Part shown: piece by piece, positions 59,999-64,000 of the stretch
Layout: every line of letters begins with the position of its first letter
How positions within the stretch are numbered: the first letter of the stretch is position 1
NCBI GenBank assembly: GCA_013239625.1
Contig: MU056905.1
Span: 2,129,967-2,193,966, forward strand
DNA from: Lama guanicoe
Lineage: Eukaryota
Length of the DNA stretch: 64,000 bases
Direction of reading: 5' to 3'
Translations under genes and position numbers: made by a program
Notes under the pieces: generated by a model
The model's database searches: none
The model's input: only the letters and a program-made list of their open reading frames with translations
What the model was told of the DNA's origin: nothing

Positions 59999-62211
59999 GG
60001 TGGTGAATGACCCCAGGAGGCCTGGGGAGGGTGAGGACCAGGAATGGAGTCCCTTGTTTCTGGGTCTGTCTCCCCAGAATGGCTCCCATTCCCTTGTCCC
60101 TCTTCTCCCCAGGAGGCCCTTCCTTGCCGCACCACACCCTCCCTCAGGAGCTGCTGCCTCTCCCTCAAAGGCCCTCGTCTCACCCAGATCCCTCCCTCAT
60201 CCCAGTCCCATCCGTGGCCCCAGGTGGACCCTCTCCTGCCACTCTCCACTTGGTGCTCGGATTGGGGGAAATGGGGGCAGAAACGGAACTGTGAGCAGAG
60301 GAGGGGAACTCAGGATCACTGAGTCTGACAGAAGGAAGCGGGCAGCGCCCAGCAGGCAGCCCAGCACCAAAACGCGATGTCGGGCACACATCATCTCCCA
60401 GTGAAGGTGCAGTTTTTCAAAGCAGACTGACCTGCACACCCATAAGGAGCATCACTTCATCCCAGCAGGTGATAACTGTGTGGGCAGGTGAGGAATTTGG
60501 GTCAAACCTGGAAAAATCATCCTGCCTGAAAGTGTGGGGATGGGCCCAAGCAAGAGGGGGATTTTATCTCTCCTGAGAGGTGTTTTGATTTCCTCCACTC
60601 ATCATTAGTCTGACAGGGCGGAGGGGTGGAGGGCCTCAGCCTCTCCCATTGTCCCCCTCCTTCTGCCAGGGGACTCCTGAGCTTCTCTTCCCACCAGGGC
60701 AGGTCCCAGCATGAACACCTCCCAGTGAGTACCTCTCCTCAGCACAAACTTGTCCCCAGGCAAAACGGAAGCATTCTGAAGAAGGCGGCTTTTAGCAAAG
60801 GCCTTTCATCATCTGGGATTTCCCTGTCACCCTCCTTCCCTCCCACTCACTCGCACGCTGACAGCCACACACACACAGCCACAATGTGCCCAGGGTTCCC
60901 AGGCTCTGCTCAGCCAACCGAGACGGCACCCTCCCCTCCCACCCGCTCCTCCCCACGCAGATAGCAATGAGCCAGCAATGGTCCTACAGTAGCGCAGTGA
61001 GGAGCTGGGGCTGGGCTCAGTCAGCAGATCTATCTCAGGATGACGACCAGACTGACTCCTAAAAGGAAAAAGAAACTGTCAGAGCAGCAAAAACCCAGCC
61101 CAGAGTTTCCAGAACAACTCCTCCCCTCTCCCCTGCCCCACCTGCCACCCCCCCACCAAAAATGGCTGAGGGTTGTGTTATGCACCGACTGGCAAAATAA
61201 TGCCTCAGAAGTATAAATTGCTAATGGTGACAGCTCATCCCAGAATGGGGGTTACGCTTGACTGGTCTCAATTACCCCCACCCCACCCGGCCGGTTAGGG
61301 TTGAAGAAAGCTGAGACGCAGGGTGGCCCCAGGAATGGCTGGTGAGGCAATGATGCCACAGCCACTAGAGCGGGAAGGAGGTGGGGTGCTAGGCGGGAAC
61401 AGGGATGACTGCTTGCAAGTGAAAGGAGGACTATGCAAAAGAGAGGAGAAGGGGCAGAGAGAGAAAAAGAGGGAGGGAAGGAGGGAGGGAGGACAGCAGG
61501 GGAAAGAATGGCTGACAATAACCACACGAGGCTCCCCACACCATACACCCCAAACATTTGCATATGTAGCCCTCACAATACTGTGCAGTAGGTATAATTC
61601 CATTTTACAGATGAGGACACTGAGGCTTAGAGAGGCTAAACAGTTTCCCCAGGTCATTGGTCTCACGTGGAGGGTGAGTGTTTGCACAGTGATAATAAAA
61701 AGCAGACTTTTACTTGGGTGTATCATTGTTTATAAGTTCTTTACAGATAAGCACCCTTTCTGTCTGTACCTGGAGAGTGCCACGACCTTGCCCTGGGTGC
61801 ACCACCGTCCAAGGTCACACTTGGCAGGTGGCAAAACTGGGATTGCCCCCATTTGATTCCAAGGCTGGGTCAAGCCTTCTGTCCCCAGCCTGGCACACTC
61901 ACCGGTGTCCTCCATGCCATCCCTTCTGCCCTCCTCCCAACTTTCTCCTTCCCAGTCTCCTGGATCCCCTTGCCTGCCCTCAGAAGAGGAGGATGCCCTT
62001 TCCTGCAAGAGGCCAGATTCACGCCCCAGGAGCTTGGAGCTGGAGGGCAAACTGAGCTGGTCCCCTCTGAGCGCTTGGATTTCTATACCCCACCATCCTC
62101 AGAGCCAGAGTCTCCTCTTCCTGAAATACCTGCAAAACCAAATTCCTCTTTTTTCTTTTCCCACTCCTTGCTCCTCTCCCCATTTTCCTCCTGCTTTTAA
62201 ACTTTGAAGTG

Positions 62212-63550
62212 TCTTCATTCATCCAACAAAACCATATAGCACACCGCTCACCCCTGCCCCGTTCTCCTATGCAGGGGACGAGGAGGTGGTAAAACACACA
62301 CAACAGTGCCTGCCTCCTGGAGCTTATGTTCCAGCCTGGAAAGACAGATGATAAATAAGCGAATTTGTGTAGGAGAGGCTCTCAGATGTTGAGAACCACG
62401 AAGGAGAAAAGGAGGGGGGTGGGTGATAGAGAATACGTGGGGGAGGGGGCTTCAAATGGAAGAGAACCAAAGGATCAAGACCTGGAAGAGTTGACAGACC
62501 AGGCCATGCAGCTATTTCAGGAAAAAGAGTTCCCAGCAGAAAAAAAAACAGCAAGTGGGAAAATGTGTGAGCGGGAGTTTTCCTGCCTGTTTGATGGACA
62601 CATAGGAGGCCAGCGTGGCTGGAGCAGGGTGAGCAGTAGGATGGATGGAGGGGAGTGAGGTCAGGGAAGGGGAGGGGGAAGGCTATGTAGAGTCCCACAT
62701 GGCATTTACTCTGAGTGGGATGGGAAACCCACTCAGAGAGGGGTCTGAGCTTAGAAGTGGCATGCCCTGCCGTATTTTTAAAAGACCACTCTGACTGTGG
62801 TGTTAAGGAAAGACAGAAGGGGCAAAGGAGGAAGCCAGGCTACTAGCTAGGACCTAGGACACTTCAACAGACCCTGTGAGGAGTGATGGGCTTGGACCAA
62901 CATGGTAGCAGTGGGATGCTGAGAGCCGGTAGAAGCCCAGATACATTTTGAAGGTAGGCTTTGCCAATGGATTGAATGTGAGATATGGGAAAAGCTGAGG
63001 AACAGGAATGGATGAATCCTAGATGTTTGGACTGTGCAGGGATAGTGAGTCTGGCAAGTAGAAAGTATTTCGTAGGAATAATTAATCAGGAGGACAGTTC
63101 TGGATAGATTAAGATTGAGAGGCCTAACTGATACCCAAATAGAGATACTGATCAAAGCATACATGTGGAGCACAGAAGGGACGTCCGGGATAGAGATACA
63201 CCTTGGCGGTCATCAGTGGATGGGTGGTATTTAAAGTCGTGGGGCTGTATGATGTCACCGAGGGAACTAGCATGGATAAAGATGTGAGCAGGCACAAGGG
63301 CTAAGTCCAAGGGTGCTGTGGTGTGTAGAGGCTGGAGAGGTGAGAAGAAACTGGCTAAGAAGACAAAAAAGAAGTGGCTAGTAATGTGGAAAGAAAATCA
63401 GAAGAACGTGGTATCTGGAAATCAAAAGAACAAATTGTTTTTTTAAAAAAAGGGAATGATCAACTATGCCAAATACTGCTTAAATGAGGGCTGAGAACAG
63501 ACCACTGAATTTAGTGACATGGAGGTCACTGGCAATCTCCACAAGAGGTA
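62212..63550 (-). mobile_element. Long L2 remnant
   Basis: TTCATTCATCCAACAAA...GGAGGCCAGCGTGGCTGGAGC...TTTACTCTGAGTGGGATGGGAA...GACATGGAGGTCACTGG. Confidence 0.8.
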
Positions 63551-63594
63551 TTCTCTTTTTCTCCTTTTAGACATACACCTGACAGCTGCATCTA

Positions 63595-63845
63595 TGCAAA
63601 ATAGTAGTAAACAAGGAACAGAAGGAAACGTCCTCAACTTTATTTTTAAAAAAACTGCAAGAAACTTACAACTAACATCATTAACAGTGAGAAATCTTAA
63701 GCTTTCCCACCAAAAATCGGGAATAAGGCAAAGATGCCCCCTTTCACCACTACTTTTCAGCATCATGCTACAAGTCCTAGCTAATACAGTAAGACAAGAA
63801 AAGGAAATAAAATGTGTGGAGATTAGGAAGGAAGAAAATAGTGAA
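63595..63845 (+). mobile_element. L1 ORF2 (reverse transcriptase region) fragment
   Basis: GGAATAAGGCAAAGATGCCCCCTTTCACCACTACTTTTCAGCATCATGCTACAAGTCCTAGC encodes GIRQRCPLSPLLFSIMLQVLA, a variant of the L1 RT motif GTRQGCPLSPLLF. Confidence 0.9.
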
Positions 63846-64000
63846 GACCTGGGCTGGATAGTTCCAAGCAAAAGCACACATCGCCTTCCAAGTAGAATCC
63901 CAAGCAAGCATCCAGTCAAACACAAGCCGCCCAGGCACAGACAAGTAGGGCAAACCACGTCCAGGTTTGGCCACGACAGGGTCAACACCTGTCTCTGGGT

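Noticed and set aside
61212-61217. TATAAA as the promoter of a fifth gene (KRT84)
   Set aside because: No keratin head exon or rod motif follows; downstream sequence is MIR, L2 and L1. KRT84 probably starts beyond the window.
63464-63988. 174-aa minus-strand ORF
   Set aside because: Antisense translation of an L1 ORF2 fragment and adjacent L2 sequence.
1-64000. CRISPR arrays, rRNA genes, operons or prokaryotic defence systems
   Set aside because: The sequence is clearly mammalian, with spliceosomal introns and LINE/SINE content. No repeat-spacer arrays or rRNA-like sequence were seen.

Overview
Mammalian genomic DNA from the type II (basic) keratin gene cluster. tRNA-derived Vic-1-like SINEs and young L1 3' ends suggest a camelid (alpaca, llama or camel); this is an inference. 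Four tandem + strand keratin loci are present. (1) A heavily disabled, unprocessed KRT6-like pseudogene (1830-5208). (2) An intact 9-exon KRT75 (18070-27549, 543 aa). (3) An apparently intact 9-exon epithelial-type keratin between KRT75 and KRT82 (29726-41351, about 530 aa), the expected position of KRT90/KRT124, which is a pseudogene in human. (4) The hair-cuticle keratin KRT82 (45365-56105, about 509 aa). Exon 7 of the last two genes falls partly in assembly gaps. The rest is intron and intergenic DNA with L1, L2, MIR, SINE, MaLR/ERV LTR and hAT remnants, a probable degraded ERV env fragment, a motif-dense candidate enhancer and a strong CTCF motif. I see no wholly new biological system. The best leads are the intact KRT90/124 with mixed epithelial and hair-keratin features, the mosaic decay of the KRT6 pseudogene, and unusual substitutions in KRT75 and KRT82. 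Most ORF-track entries are spurious intronic or antisense frames.
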